64,000 nucleotides of DNA. It comes from an uncultured Chloroflexia bacterium (GTDB lineage Bacteria > Chloroflexota > Limnocylindria > Limnocylindrales > CSP1-4). The position numbers and the translations under genes were made by a program. Location: NCBI GenBank assembly GCA_963819655.1, contig CAWFXA010000003.1, positions 704,001 through 768,000 of the forward strand. Reading direction: 5' to 3'. The number at the start of each line of letters is the position of its first letter. The stretch's first letter is position 1. Positions 29,836 to 39,323 of the stretch are shown piece after piece. Below the pieces are notes generated by a model, which saw nothing but the letters and a program-made list of their open reading frames with translations, was not told the DNA's origin and made no database searches.

Positions 29836-31641
29836 ATGCAGAACCCGCAGGAGGCGCGACCGCGCACCAAGTCGCCCTTCACGGCGGCGTTCCTGTCCCT
29901 CCTCTTCCCCGGTCTCGGCCACCTGTACGCCGGCGCCCCGATCCGGGCTCTGGGCTTCGCGGCCGCGCCCATCCTGCTCCTGGCGCTGAGCGCGGGGTTC
30001 GTCCTCCGGCTCGACCGCTTCGAGCTGCTGGGCGCGTTCCTCCAGCTCGTCGGCGCGATCTTCGTCTTCAACGTCATCGCCCTCGTCTACCGGCTAGTCG
30101 CGATCGTCGATGCCTATCGTGTGACCCAGTACCTCAACGCCCATGCCGCATCGGGCGACGGACGGCTCGGACGCGCGCGACTCCCGCGCGACCCACTGTC
30201 GATCGCCGGTCTCGCGGCGGTGATCCTGGTGATGGCCGGCTCGCACGTCGTCGTGGCCCGCTACGACATGCTCGCGCAGGACGCCCTCGGGAGCTGCATC
30301 TTCGTCAACCAGGCGAGCGACGCCGACTGCGAGCCCGAGTCGACACCCTCGGCGGGGCCGACCGGCCCCACCAACGACAGCCCGGAGCCGAGCACGACCG
30401 CCACGCCCGAGCCGTCGCTAGTCGGGACGCCTGTCCCGAGCGTCGAGGTCCCGCCGTGGGATGGCCGCGAGCGCCTCAACATCGTCCTGATCGGCTCAGA
30501 TGAGCAACGGGGCGGGCACAACACCGACACGCTCATCACCGTCTCGATCGATCCGGTCACAAAGCAGGTCGCGATGTTCAGCCTGCCGCGCGACACGGTC
30601 GACGTGCCGGTGCCACCTGGACCCGCCCAGCGCGTCTGGGGCCGGAGCTACCGCAGCAAGATCAACGCCTGGTTCGCGGAGAACCGGCGCAGGGCTGACT
30701 TGTGGCCAGGCAACGACCGGCAGCGTGGCTACAACTCGCTCAAGGCGATCCTCGGCGAACTGTATGACCTCAAAGTCCGCTACTTCGTGGAGGTCAACTT
30801 CGATGGCTTCAAGAAGGTCGTCGACTCCGTCGGGGGCGTGACGATCAACGTCCAGGTGCCCGTCGTCGACGACCAGTTCCCCGGAACGACCGGCCGCGCA
30901 CAACGCCTGTACATCCCGAGCGGGCTCCAGCACATGGACGGCGAGCAGGCGCTTCGCTACGCGCGGTCGCGCCACACCTCGACCGACTTCGATCGCGGCG
31001 CGCGCCAGCAGCGCGTGCTCCTGTCGCTGCGCGAACAGGCCGACCCACAGACGCTGATCCCGCGTCTGCCCGAGCTCGTCGCGGCGCTCAAGACCGCCGT
31101 CCGGACCGACATCCCGATCGATCAGCTCGACGAGCTGCTCGGACTCGCGTCGCAGGTCGATACCGCGAACATCCGGTCCTACGTCTTCGCGCCACCGCTG
31201 TACTCACGCGACACGTGCCAGGACGCCCGTGGCTGCGTCGTCATCCCGAACATCGCCCGGATCAAGCAGGCGGTGAAGAACGCGTTCACCGTCGACCCGC
31301 GTGATGAAGCCCTGCGCCAGACGCTCGCCGGCGAGGGCGCCCACGTCTGGGTGCTGAACGGCACGTCGACCACGAATCGCGGGGCGCGGCTGGCCGGCTA
31401 CCTCGAGTACCACGGCCTGGATGCCTCGGCGCCGCGCGGCAAGCCCAAGGGCTCGGTGCCAGCAAAGACGGTGATCACTGTCTACAACGGTGCCGAGACG
31501 GACCTGTCGGCCACGATCGCCTATCTCGAGGCGCTCTTCGACGTGAAGATCAAGACCGCCAACGATCCTGCGGTGGCCGCCGACGTGGTCATTACCGTCG
31601 GTCGGACGACGCCGGACCTGGAGCCGCCACCCTCCTCGTGA
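29836..31641 (+). CDS. LCP family protein with N-terminal TM segments and LytR C-terminal domain
   Basis: NIVLIGSD, NTDTLI, SLPRD, YARSRH..DFDRGARQQ, VLNGT. Confidence 0.92.
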   Translation: MQNPQEARPRTKSPFTAAFLSLLFPGLGHLYAGAPIRALGFAAAPILLLALSAGFVLRLDRFELLGAFLQLVGAIFVFNVIALVYRLVAIVDAYRVTQYLNAHAASGDGRLGRARLPRDPLSIAGLAAVILVMAGSHVVVARYDMLAQDALGSCIFVNQASDADCEPESTPSAGPTGPTNDSPEPSTTATPEPSLVGTPVPSVEVPPWDGRERLNIVLIGSDEQRGGHNTDTLITVSIDPVTKQVAMFSLPRDTVDVPVPPGPAQRVWGRSYRSKINAWFAENRRRADLWPGNDRQRGYNSLKAILGELYDLKVRYFVEVNFDGFKKVVDSVGGVTINVQVPVVDDQFPGTTGRAQRLYIPSGLQHMDGEQALRYARSRHTSTDFDRGARQQRVLLSLREQADPQTLIPRLPELVAALKTAVRTDIPIDQLDELLGLASQVDTANIRSYVFAPPLYSRDTCQDARGCVVIPNIARIKQAVKNAFTVDPRDEALRQTLAGEGAHVWVLNGTSTTNRGARLAGYLEYHGLDASAPRGKPKGSVPAKTVITVYNGAETDLSATIAYLEALFDVKIKTANDPAVAADVVITVGRTTPDLEPPPSS

Positions 31642-31656
31642 GCCGCCGGGCGGCGG

Positions 31657-32637
31657 CTACTCGATCGGGGTCAGCCAGTGCTGATATGCGGGGAGACGAC
31701 CCCGGACCGCGTCGAAGTACCGGTCGCGGACCAGTCGCGCGATCGGCCCGATCTCGCCGGACCCGACCGGCCGGTGGTCGACCTCGATGACCGGCGACAC
31801 CTGGACGCCCGTGCCGCACACGAAGATCTCGTCCGCCACGTAGAGCTCCGAGCGGTCGATCGAACGCTCCGCGGTCGGGATCCCTTCGTTCGTCATCAGC
31901 TCCATCAGGGCCTTGCGGGTCACGCCTTCGAGCAGGTCGTCGCTGACGGTCGGGGTGATCGCCACACCATCGCGGACCACGAAGATGTTGGCGGCGGACG
32001 ACTCGTTGACGTGGCCGTTGGCGGTCAGGACGACCGCCTCGTCGAAGCCATTGAGCTCGGCCTCGGACTTCTGGAAGGCCATGTTCACGTAGCCGCCGAC
32101 GATCTTGCCGCGGGCGGGCAGCGCCTCGTCGGCGTTGCGCCGCCAGGACGACGACATCACGCGCACGCCGTTGGCCGTGTCGATGTAGTTCCCGAACGGC
32201 AGGGTGATGATGCACAGGTCGTTATCGAGGTCATGGAGCCGGACGCCGATCGCCTTCGTGGACTTGTAGAACGACGGGCGGATGTACACGTCCTCGCGGA
32301 AGCCATTCCGTCGCACGGTTTCGACGATGAGACGCGTCAGCTCGTCGACCGACGGGATGTCCTGCATGAGCAGGATCCGGCACGACTGGCGGATGCGTTC
32401 GACGTGGTCGCGCACCTTCAGCCCGTAGAGCTTGTCCTGCTCCTCGTTCCAGTAGGCGCGGATCCCCTCGAACGTCGCGGTCCCGTACATGAACGCGTGG
32501 GTCATGATGCTGACCTTGGCGTCCTTCATCGGGACGAACGCGCCCTCGAAGTAGCAGATCAGCTCGTCCATGCTGCCCGGGGTGGGCGCGTGGTGAGCGG
32601 TGGGTGCTGGCGAGTCGGACGTGGTGTCAGTGGTCAT
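31657..32637 (-). CDS. ilvE: Branched-chain amino acid aminotransferase
   Basis: HAFMYG.ATFEGIRAY, GK..G.Y, LLEGVTR. Confidence 0.94.
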   Translation of the reverse strand: MTTDTTSDSPAPTAHHAPTPGSMDELICYFEGAFVPMKDAKVSIMTHAFMYGTATFEGIRAYWNEEQDKLYGLKVRDHVERIRQSCRILLMQDIPSVDELTRLIVETVRRNGFREDVYIRPSFYKSTKAIGVRLHDLDNDLCIITLPFGNYIDTANGVRVMSSSWRRNADEALPARGKIVGGYVNMAFQKSEAELNGFDEAVVLTANGHVNESSAANIFVVRDGVAITPTVSDDLLEGVTRKALMELMTNEGIPTAERSIDRSELYVADEIFVCGTGVQVSPVIEVDHRPVGSGEIGPIARLVRDRYFDAVRGRLPAYQHWLTPIE

Positions 32638-32719
32638 GCGGGCGACTCCTGCGCTGACGGCGCGATACGCTCGCGCGGGCCTGCACGGTCGGCCGAGTAT
32701 AGCGTGCGGGGCTGGCCCC

Positions 32720-33064
32720 TCAGCCGAACGCGACCGCGCTGCCGATCGCGACGCCGATCACGACGAGGGTCGCGACCGCCACGACCACCATCTGTCGGTC
32801 GCCCGCGAGCCAGAAACCCACCGCCGCGGCCATGACCCGGGTGATCGGCGTCGCCAGCACTGCCAGGAGACCCAGCCACAGGAAACCGGCCGGCTGGAGC
32901 GCGACGATGTCACCCAGAAGCGATGCGAGATCCAGGTTCGGACCGCCGCTCGCTGGCGGGATCCCGTTCGCGACCATCAGCAGGACCCCGACGACCAGCA
33001 GTCCGGTGCCGACGTACGTCAGCGCGATCAGCAGCCGGCCGATGGCCCGGTCGAAACCGGTCAC
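32720..33064 (-). CDS. DUF1634-like membrane protein
   Basis: LGLLAVLATPITRV; coupled to the TauE-family gene. Confidence 0.85.
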   Translation of the reverse strand: MTGFDRAIGRLLIALTYVGTGLLVVGVLLMVANGIPPASGGPNLDLASLLGDIVALQPAGFLWLGLLAVLATPITRVMAAAVGFWLAGDRQMVVVAVATLVVIGVAIGSAVAFG

Positions 33065-33828
33065 GACGCCGCTCGCAGGAGCATCTGGACCGCCGTGTAA
33101 AGCAGCACCACCACGAACAGCCAGCGCAGGATCCGCAGGTCGATGCGGTGAGCGACCCGCGACCCGAGGCTCGCCCCGAGGAACACGCCGATCCCGGTCG
33201 GTCCCGCGACGTACGGATCGATCTCGCCGTGGATCAGATAGATGACCGCGCCCGCCGCCGCTGTGATGCCGACCATCAGGTTGCTCGTCGCCGTCGCGAC
33301 ACGGAGCGGGATTCCCATAGCGAGGTGCATGAGCGGCACCTTGATGGTGCCGCCGCCAACACCGAGCAGTGCCGAGGCGACGCCGGCCCCGGTCGACCCG
33401 ACGAACCCGAACGGGAGGTTGCGCACCTCGTAGGTCCGACGGCCGGAGCCAGGTTCGTCGTCGGATGAGACGTCGGCCCGCAGCATCGACACCGCGACAT
33501 ATCCGAGTAGCGCGGCGAACAGCACCGACAGCCAGCGGTCGTCGATCAGGAACGCGATGGTGCCGCCGACGAGCGCACCGATCGCCGTGAACAGCTCGAG
33601 GCGCATCCCCAGGCGCAGGTCGGCCACATGCCGCTCGAGGTAGACCCCCGCCGAGACACTGCTCGTCATGATCACGCTGATGAGCGAGACGCCGACGGCT
33701 GCCGTGAGGTCGAGCCCGAACCCGAGGGTCAGCAACGGCACGATGAGGAGGCCGCCCCCCAGTCCCAAGAGGGACCCGAAGGCGCCGGCGACCGCGCCGC
33801 CGACGATCATGAGGAGGCCGTCTACCAC
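33061..33828 (-). CDS. Sulfite exporter TauE/SafE family
   Basis: GSLLGLGGG..IVP, ALLGVGGG.IKVP, ATATSN. Confidence 0.92.
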   Translation of the reverse strand: MVDGLLMIVGGAVAGAFGSLLGLGGGLLIVPLLTLGFGLDLTAAVGVSLISVIMTSSVSAGVYLERHVADLRLGMRLELFTAIGALVGGTIAFLIDDRWLSVLFAALLGYVAVSMLRADVSSDDEPGSGRRTYEVRNLPFGFVGSTGAGVASALLGVGGGTIKVPLMHLAMGIPLRVATATSNLMVGITAAAGAVIYLIHGEIDPYVAGPTGIGVFLGASLGSRVAHRIDLRILRWLFVVVLLYTAVQMLLRAAS

Positions 33829-33864
33829 GCTAGCGGGTAGCTGCCGGCGCCATCCGCCCGAGGA

Positions 33865-34131
33865 CTAAGGGCGGAGGTGTTGCGGGGCGTACGGCAGGAG
33901 CGCGACGTGGCGAGCGCGCTTGAGCGCGATGGCCAGCTCACGCTGATGCCCGGCACACGTGCCGGTCTTCCGGCGCGGCTCGATCTTGGCGCGCTCGGAG
34001 AGGTATCGACGGAGGCGGTTGACCTCCTTGTAGTCGATGAGGGTGGTCTTGTCGGCGCAGAACGCGCACACCTTGCGGCGGCGGCGATCGCGATAGAAGT
34101 CGTCGCGCTTGCGCGAACGAGCGGGAGGCAT
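33865..34131 (-). CDS. rpsR: 30S ribosomal protein S18
   Basis: [20 protein letters not shown]. Confidence 0.97.
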   Translation of the reverse strand: MPPARSRKRDDFYRDRRRRKVCAFCADKTTLIDYKEVNRLRRYLSERAKIEPRRKTGTCAGHQRELAIALKRARHVALLPYAPQHLRP

Positions 34132-34148
34132 GGGTCAGGTACTCCTGG

Positions 34149-34622
34149 TCAGAAGGGAAGGTCGTCGATATCGGTGTCGTCGGTCGGGGCGCGCTGGGGT
34201 CGCACACCACCGCCACCACCGCCGCCACCGCCGTCCGACATCGCGCCGGCTCCGGCAGGTTGGGCGTTGAAGGAACCGTCGTCGTCGCGCGGGCGGCGCT
34301 CGAGGTTGACGATCGAGTCCGCGGTGATCTCGAGCGAGGTCCGCGTCTGGCCGTCACGGCCTTCGAACTGGCGGGTCTTGAACCGACCCTCCACGAAGAC
34401 CTTGTTGCCCTTGCGCAGGGACTCCGCCATGCGCTCGGCCCGATCGCCCCAGACGCTGACGCGGAACCAGTCGGTCTCCTCGACCCACTCCCCGGTCTGC
34501 TGGTTCTTGGTGCTCTGGTTGACGGCGACGTTGAACTGGGTCACCGCCCGATTGTTCGGCGTATAGCGCATCTCGGGATCGGACCCGAGATTGCCGATGA
34601 TCATCACCTTGCACAGGGCCAT
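34149..34622 (-). CDS. ssb: Single-stranded DNA-binding protein
   Basis: IIGNLGSDPE.RYTP; C-terminal DDLPF. Confidence 0.97.
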   Translation of the reverse strand: MALCKVMIIGNLGSDPEMRYTPNNRAVTQFNVAVNQSTKNQQTGEWVEETDWFRVSVWGDRAERMAESLRKGNKVFVEGRFKTRQFEGRDGQTRTSLEITADSIVNLERRPRDDDGSFNAQPAGAGAMSDGGGGGGGGGVRPQRAPTDDTDIDDLPF

Positions 34623-34633
34623 CGTCGCGCTCC

Positions 34634-35068
34634 TCAGTCGATGGCGGCCGGGGCCGCCTCGCTCTCGTCCTCGCCGATCCGCTCGCCACCGTCGTCCTCT
34701 TCCTCTTCGTCGAGGCGGGGAAGATCGGTGTCGTCAGACTCGTCGGCGTCTCCACCGTCCTCGCGTCGCGAGGCCTTGACGGGCCGCTCGTCGCGGGTGA
34801 TGAGGTGTCGCAGGACCTCCTCGGTGATGAGGAGGCTGTGCTCCAGCTCGGCCAGGGCGTCGCCAGGCGCGTGGAACAGGATGATGTGGTAGGAGCCCTC
34901 GCGATACCGATCGATCGGGTACGCGAGCCGGCGGCGGCCCCACGGGGCAACCTTGGCGATCTGTCCACCGGCCGCCGTGATCTGGCGGGTGATGCGGTCG
35001 ATGACCGCCTGGCTCCGGTCGTCCGGGACGTCCGGTCGGAGCACGAGCATGAGTTCGTATCGGCGCAT
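34634..35068 (-). CDS. rpsF: 30S ribosomal protein S6
   Basis: MRRYELMLVLRP, WGRRRLAYPI; acidic tail. Confidence 0.96.
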   Translation of the reverse strand: MRRYELMLVLRPDVPDDRSQAVIDRITRQITAAGGQIAKVAPWGRRRLAYPIDRYREGSYHIILFHAPGDALAELEHSLLITEEVLRHLITRDERPVKASRREDGGDADESDDTDLPRLDEEEEDDGGERIGEDESEAAPAAID

Positions 35069-35076
35069 ACGCGCAG

Positions 35077-35145
35077 TAACTCCTTCCAATGGGAATGCCC
35101 CGTTGACGTCGGCAGACCGATCCGGCACGGAGCGGAAAGGAAACG
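35077..35145 (-). promoter_or_regulatory. rpsF leader, S6:S18 autoregulatory RNA-like
   Basis: TTTCCTTTCC (35143-35134) pairs with SD GGAAGGAG (35087-35080); inner stem GCTCCGT/ACGGGGC; unpaired CCC at 35093-35091; TGcTAGACT upstream. Confidence 0.7.
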
Positions 35146-35254
35146 GGCGGTAGTCTAGCACGGGTCGCCCGGCCGGCCCGGCAGGCCTCAACGGTCGCCG
35201 ATGTATCCTCTTGCGCGACTCCCGCCAGCCGACCGCAACCAGACCGGAGGCCCA

Positions 35255-36490
35255 GTGCCCGCCAGCACCATCATCGTCCTCGAATCCGCCGCGACCGGTG
35301 CGGCGTCGCTCGAACCGATCCTGTCGAGCGCCGGCTACACGGTCACCCGCACGACCGACCCGGACGAGGCGTTCGCGAAGGTCGCCGAGCACCAGTTGGC
35401 GGTCATCGATGTCGGTGCCGGGGGATCGAAGGGCGGCAAGACCGGGTTCGAGGTGTGCCGCGAGATCCGATCCACGCCGTCGATGACGGCGATCCCGATC
35501 TTGTGCGTGGCTGCCACGGACGACGTCGAGGAGCGCATCAGCTTCCTGGAGGCCGGCGCCGACGACGTCGTCGGCCGGCCGTTCGACCAGCGTGAGGTCG
35601 AGGCACGGGTCGAGGCACTCCTGCTCCGTTTCCAGCGGTCGAAGGATCTCGCTCCCGTGGTGTCGTCCGACGGGCTCACGCTGGCGCGCCCCCGGCGGAC
35701 GGTCGCCGTCTACAGCCCGAAGGGTGGCGTCGGGACGACGACGATCGCGACGAACCTGGCTGTGGTCGCCGCGCAGCGGAGGGCCGACCGGGTCATCCTC
35801 GTCGACCTGTCCCTGCAGTTCGGTGGTGTCGCGACCCACCTGAACCTCGAACCGAAGCTGACCATCGCCGACGTGATCCGCGACGATGCGGCCCTCCGCG
35901 AGCCGGAGCTGTTGCGCTCGTACGCGGTCCGCCACGACAGCGGCCTGCACATCCTGGCGGCGCCGCCGTCCCCGGAGTCGGCCGAGCTCATCACGCCCGA
36001 CCACATCTCGCACATCCTCGGCACGTTGCTGGAGGGCTACGACGCCGTCGTCGTCGATGCTGGGTCGGTGCTCGACGAGCGGGCGCTCCGGGTGTTCGAG
36101 ACCGCCGAGACTATCGTTCTCCCGGTCAATCCCGAGATATCCGCGCTCAAGGCGGTCCACGGTCTGCTCGACTATCTCAACGAGGCGGCCTCGATCGGCG
36201 CGAAATCGACCTTCGTGCTCAACAACATGTTCGCGCGCGACATCCTGAAACTGCGCGACATCGAGTCAGCGCTCGGGTCGCGCATCTCGACTGACCTGCC
36301 GTACGACCCCTTCCTGTACCTGAAGGCCGTCAACGAAGGCGTGCCGATCGTGCTGGGCGCGCCCCGCTCCCCCGCGGCGGAACAGCTCGTGAAGCTGAGC
36401 GCGTCCGCTTTCGGCTCGGATGGATACACGGTCCCGGACGCCGAGCCGGAGCGGCGGGGCCGTCGATTCGGGTTTGGCCGCCGGGCCTGA
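35255..36490 (+). CDS. Receiver domain plus CpaE/TadZ-like MinD/ParA-family ATPase
   Basis: Receiver LAVID...AGADDVVGRPF; SPKGGVGTTT, VDLSLQFG; GGAGG before GTG. Confidence 0.88.
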   Translation: MPASTIIVLESAATGAASLEPILSSAGYTVTRTTDPDEAFAKVAEHQLAVIDVGAGGSKGGKTGFEVCREIRSTPSMTAIPILCVAATDDVEERISFLEAGADDVVGRPFDQREVEARVEALLLRFQRSKDLAPVVSSDGLTLARPRRTVAVYSPKGGVGTTTIATNLAVVAAQRRADRVILVDLSLQFGGVATHLNLEPKLTIADVIRDDAALREPELLRSYAVRHDSGLHILAAPPSPESAELITPDHISHILGTLLEGYDAVVVDAGSVLDERALRVFETAETIVLPVNPEISALKAVHGLLDYLNEAASIGAKSTFVLNNMFARDILKLRDIESALGSRISTDLPYDPFLYLKAVNEGVPIVLGAPRSPAAEQLVKLSASAFGSDGYTVPDAEPERRGRRFGFGRRA

Positions 36491-36548
36491 GTTTCCGCGG
36501 CCCACGCCCGTTCATCCCGACCACCACTCCCGGTGGCGAGCCCGATCC

Positions 36549-36956
36549 TCAGGCTGCCGGCCGGCCCAATAGCCGCAACACCAGCCCGAACCCCTCATCC
36601 GAGCCGCGCCAATGCGCCCGGAGTGCCGCCTCGCCTACCCGCCGGCCCACCCAACGCAGCACGATGGCGCTCACCACGATGTCGTCGAGCGGACCGATGA
36701 CGGGCACGAACTCGGGGATCAGGTCGATCGGGCTCGCGAGCCATACGGCGAGCCCACCCAGCGCGACCTTGCACGAGCGTGGCGTCGCGGGGTCGCGCGC
36801 CAGCCCGGCTGTCATTCGAAGGAGATCCGGCAGCAGCCGGACGACGTCCATGGCCGTCGCCCGCGACGGCGCCGACCGCCAGACCGCCAGCACCAGCAGC
36901 GCCCACAGACCGAGGAAGAATAGGACCCCGATAAGCACGGCCGGCAACAGGTCCAC
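36549..36956 (-). CDS. YkvA/DUF1232 family membrane protein
   Basis: WLASPIDLIPEFVPVIGPLDD; start at GTG 36956 or ATG 36977. Confidence 0.9.
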   Translation of the reverse strand: MDLLPAVLIGVLFFLGLWALLVLAVWRSAPSRATAMDVVRLLPDLLRMTAGLARDPATPRSCKVALGGLAVWLASPIDLIPEFVPVIGPLDDIVVSAIVLRWVGRRVGEAALRAHWRGSDEGFGLVLRLLGRPAA

Positions 36957-37073
36957 GAGGCGACAACGGTAGCCCATCGCAGCGTCACGACATTCGCCCA
37001 GGCCGATGCTCGACCCGCGCCGCTGCCAGGAGCGGACTTCCCGGCGAACCCACGAGCCTCGTGTGAACGGTCG

Positions 37074-37316
37074 TCAGTGAGCCTCGTCCGGCTGCCTTGG
37101 AAAGTCGCGGTCGCGGTAGACGTACCAGGTGATCCCCGACTCGCCGCTGAGCTCGCGAGCGCGAACGCGGACCCGCGGATACCTGCTTCGGAGGACATCT
37201 TCGAGCTGCCGCCGAGACTCGATGACCTGCGTGGCGATCGCCCGCTGAACGGCCTGCGCGAAGCCGCGGTCAGACGTCGGGATGGAGATGGTGCGCAGGT
37301 TCCAGGTCGAATCCAT
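37074..37316 (-). CDS. Small hypothetical protein
   Basis: 80 aa, LEDVLRSRYPRVRV...TWYVYRD; fills an otherwise empty gap. Confidence 0.6.
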   Translation of the reverse strand: MDSTWNLRTISIPTSDRGFAQAVQRAIATQVIESRRQLEDVLRSRYPRVRVRARELSGESGITWYVYRDRDFPRQPDEAH

Positions 37317-37527
37317 GATCGAGCCCCACCAGCGGGCCGCTTTGCCGCTGCTGGGACCTTACGTCGCGTGATGCGACACATGGGCGACTGACACTGGGTT
37401 CTCGGCTTGCGTGTCGCTTGCAAGCGACAATGTCACTGTCCCTCGCAAAGTCGCCGATCGCACGGCGCCGGTCGCCCCATCGCGCGACATGGGATCCGAA
37501 CCCCGGAACCGTCAGGAGTCACCCCCG

Positions 37528-38022
37528 ATGCAGGCCGATGAGATCCGCTTCCTGTTCGCCTATGACCGATGGGCGACTCGCCGAGTCCTGACCGTCCTCG
37601 ATGGGCTCGACCCGGCTGTCTGGACGCGCACCCATGTCGTCGACGAGCGCGGCCTGGGCGGCATCCTCGTCCACCATCTCGGAGCCTCGCAGCGCTGGCG
37701 GATCGGGTTCGAATCACAGGGCGACGACGAGGGTCCCTCTCCGGAGCTTGAACCGCTGCCGACCGTCGGCGAGCTGCGCGAGCGCTGGGAAGCCGAATGG
37801 TCCGCGGTCGATACCTGGCTGCCGACCGTCACCGATGACTTCGTCGGATATGTCTTCGGGGGCGTCCCGGTCTGGCAGATGCTGGTGCACGTCGTGAATC
37901 ACGGGACGCAGCACCGATCCGAGGCGGCGGCACTGCTGACCGCGGAGGGCCGATCGCCCGGCGAGCTCGACCTGATCAACTACGCCGAGGAACGGGCCAC
38001 GAGCCGCAGCACGAAGGCCTAG
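37528..38022 (+). CDS. DinB family protein
   Basis: LFAYDRWAT, ILVHH, HVVNHGTQHRSE; AGGAG upstream. Confidence 0.92.
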   Translation: MQADEIRFLFAYDRWATRRVLTVLDGLDPAVWTRTHVVDERGLGGILVHHLGASQRWRIGFESQGDDEGPSPELEPLPTVGELRERWEAEWSAVDTWLPTVTDDFVGYVFGGVPVWQMLVHVVNHGTQHRSEAAALLTAEGRSPGELDLINYAEERATSRSTKA

Positions 38023-38468
38023 GCGACGGGCGCGCTTTCGGCCAGGCGCGCCAGATTCGCGAGATTCGAACGGACCAACCGGCGCCCGATGGCCGGGATG
38101 AGCGGTGTCGCCCAGGCCAGCAGCGGACGCATCTGCCCCTCGATCGAGTAAGTGACTTGGCAGGAGCCGGGGCCCACGTTCTCCACGGCGTAGGTCACCG
38201 ACGCGCAACGGACCACACCGCCCTCGAGCTCCATCGTCACCGATCGGCCATCCACCCAGCCGGTGATCCGACAGTCGATGAGCGCCTCGCGCCGCCCGAA
38301 GAGGCGACGTGCCACGAATGTGGTGCCGACGGCCGGGATGCCGGGCGACGTCTGGCGGACCTCGAGAACATCGTTCTCCCACGCCGGGACGTTCGGAAAG
38401 TCGATGAGGATCGCCCAGACCTCGGCCGTTGGGCGGTCGATTCGCACGGATTCCGTTAGTTCATACAT
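38019..38468 (-). CDS. SRPBCC/polyketide cyclase family protein
   Basis: ESVRIDRPTAEVW...NVPAW...SNLANL. Confidence 0.82.
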   Translation of the reverse strand: MYELTESVRIDRPTAEVWAILIDFPNVPAWENDVLEVRQTSPGIPAVGTTFVARRLFGRREALIDCRITGWVDGRSVTMELEGGVVRCASVTYAVENVGPGSCQVTYSIEGQMRPLLAWATPLIPAIGRRLVRSNLANLARLAESAPVA

Positions 38469-38513
38469 CTGCGCACCAAAGCGCAGCGGCGAGCCGGCAC
38501 CCGGCACGCGTCG

Positions 38514-39323
38514 TCACGAGGATGAGGATGTCGGCTGAAGGGTCGCTAACACCACTAAGGAAGTCGAATCGGCCCTGCCCTTCAGCGTGAGGTCGCGCCG
38601 CTCGAGACCCGAGACGTCCAGCCCCGCCGCGGTCGCGGCATCGAGCGTCACGAGGACCTCCCCGATCGCGGCCGCCGACGCGAGTCGCGACGCGATGTTG
38701 ACCGGGTCGCCCAATGCGGTCAGGTCCACGTGAGACGCGGAGCCGACCGATCCGACGAACGCAACCCCGGTAGCCACGCCGACGCCGATCGGGACCCACG
38801 GGGCACCGACGCCATGGCCCGTTGCCGCGAGCACGGCCTGGGCTGCACGGATCGCTGCGGCAGCGTGATCCTGTCCGGCCAGCGCCGGGACGAAGATGCC
38901 GATGGCCTGGTCACCGACGAATCGATCGACGATGGCGTCGTGCTCGACGAGGACCTGTGCAGCCGTATCGAAGAACCGATCCATCAGCGTGTAGATCTCG
39001 GAGGGGCGCATGTCCTCGGCCATCGTGGTCGACCCGCGAACATCGGCGAACATGAGGCTGCACTCGATCTCGGCACCGCCGTGATGCTCGCTGAGCACTC
39101 CGAAGCACGAGCCGCAGTACTTGGGGTTCTTCGGCCAGGCTCCCTTCCCGATCAGCCGCATCAGGGGACTGGCGGCTCCCCCCAGCGGCGCGGCGCAGAG
39201 CTTGCACCGTGGTTCGCCCGGCAGACGCTTGAAGAGACGACGACCGACCCGGATCGACGGGTGCGTTCCCGCCAGGACGTCCCGCCACAGCTCGTCGTGC
39301 CCGAGTGGTTCCGTGTCGGCTAT
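38514..39323 (-). CDS. Class III nucleotidyl cyclase with N-terminal Cys domain; probable ATA start
   Basis: FADVRGST, FVGD, GDPVNIASRL; upstream frame encodes CKLC...CGSC; GAGGAG 6 nt before ATA 39323. Confidence 0.88.
   Translation of the reverse strand: MADTEPLGHDELWRDVLAGTHPSIRVGRRLFKRLPGEPRCKLCAAPLGGAASPLMRLIGKGAWPKNPKYCGSCFGVLSEHHGGAEIECSLMFADVRGSTTMAEDMRPSEIYTLMDRFFDTAAQVLVEHDAIVDRFVGDQAIGIFVPALAGQDHAAAAIRAAQAVLAATGHGVGAPWVPIGVGVATGVAFVGSVGSASHVDLTALGDPVNIASRLASAAAIGEVLVTLDAATAAGLDVSGLERRDLTLKGRADSTSLVVLATLQPTSSSS

Noticed and set aside
35069-36160. 508-aa version of S6
   Set aside because: The extension is antisense to the CpaE-like gene; S6 starts at 35068.
38060-38071. 12-nt match (CGAGATTCGAAC) to the tRNA-Leu(TAA) T-arm as an att site
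   Set aside because: Short, inside an intact CDS and lacking the acceptor stem; compatible with chance.
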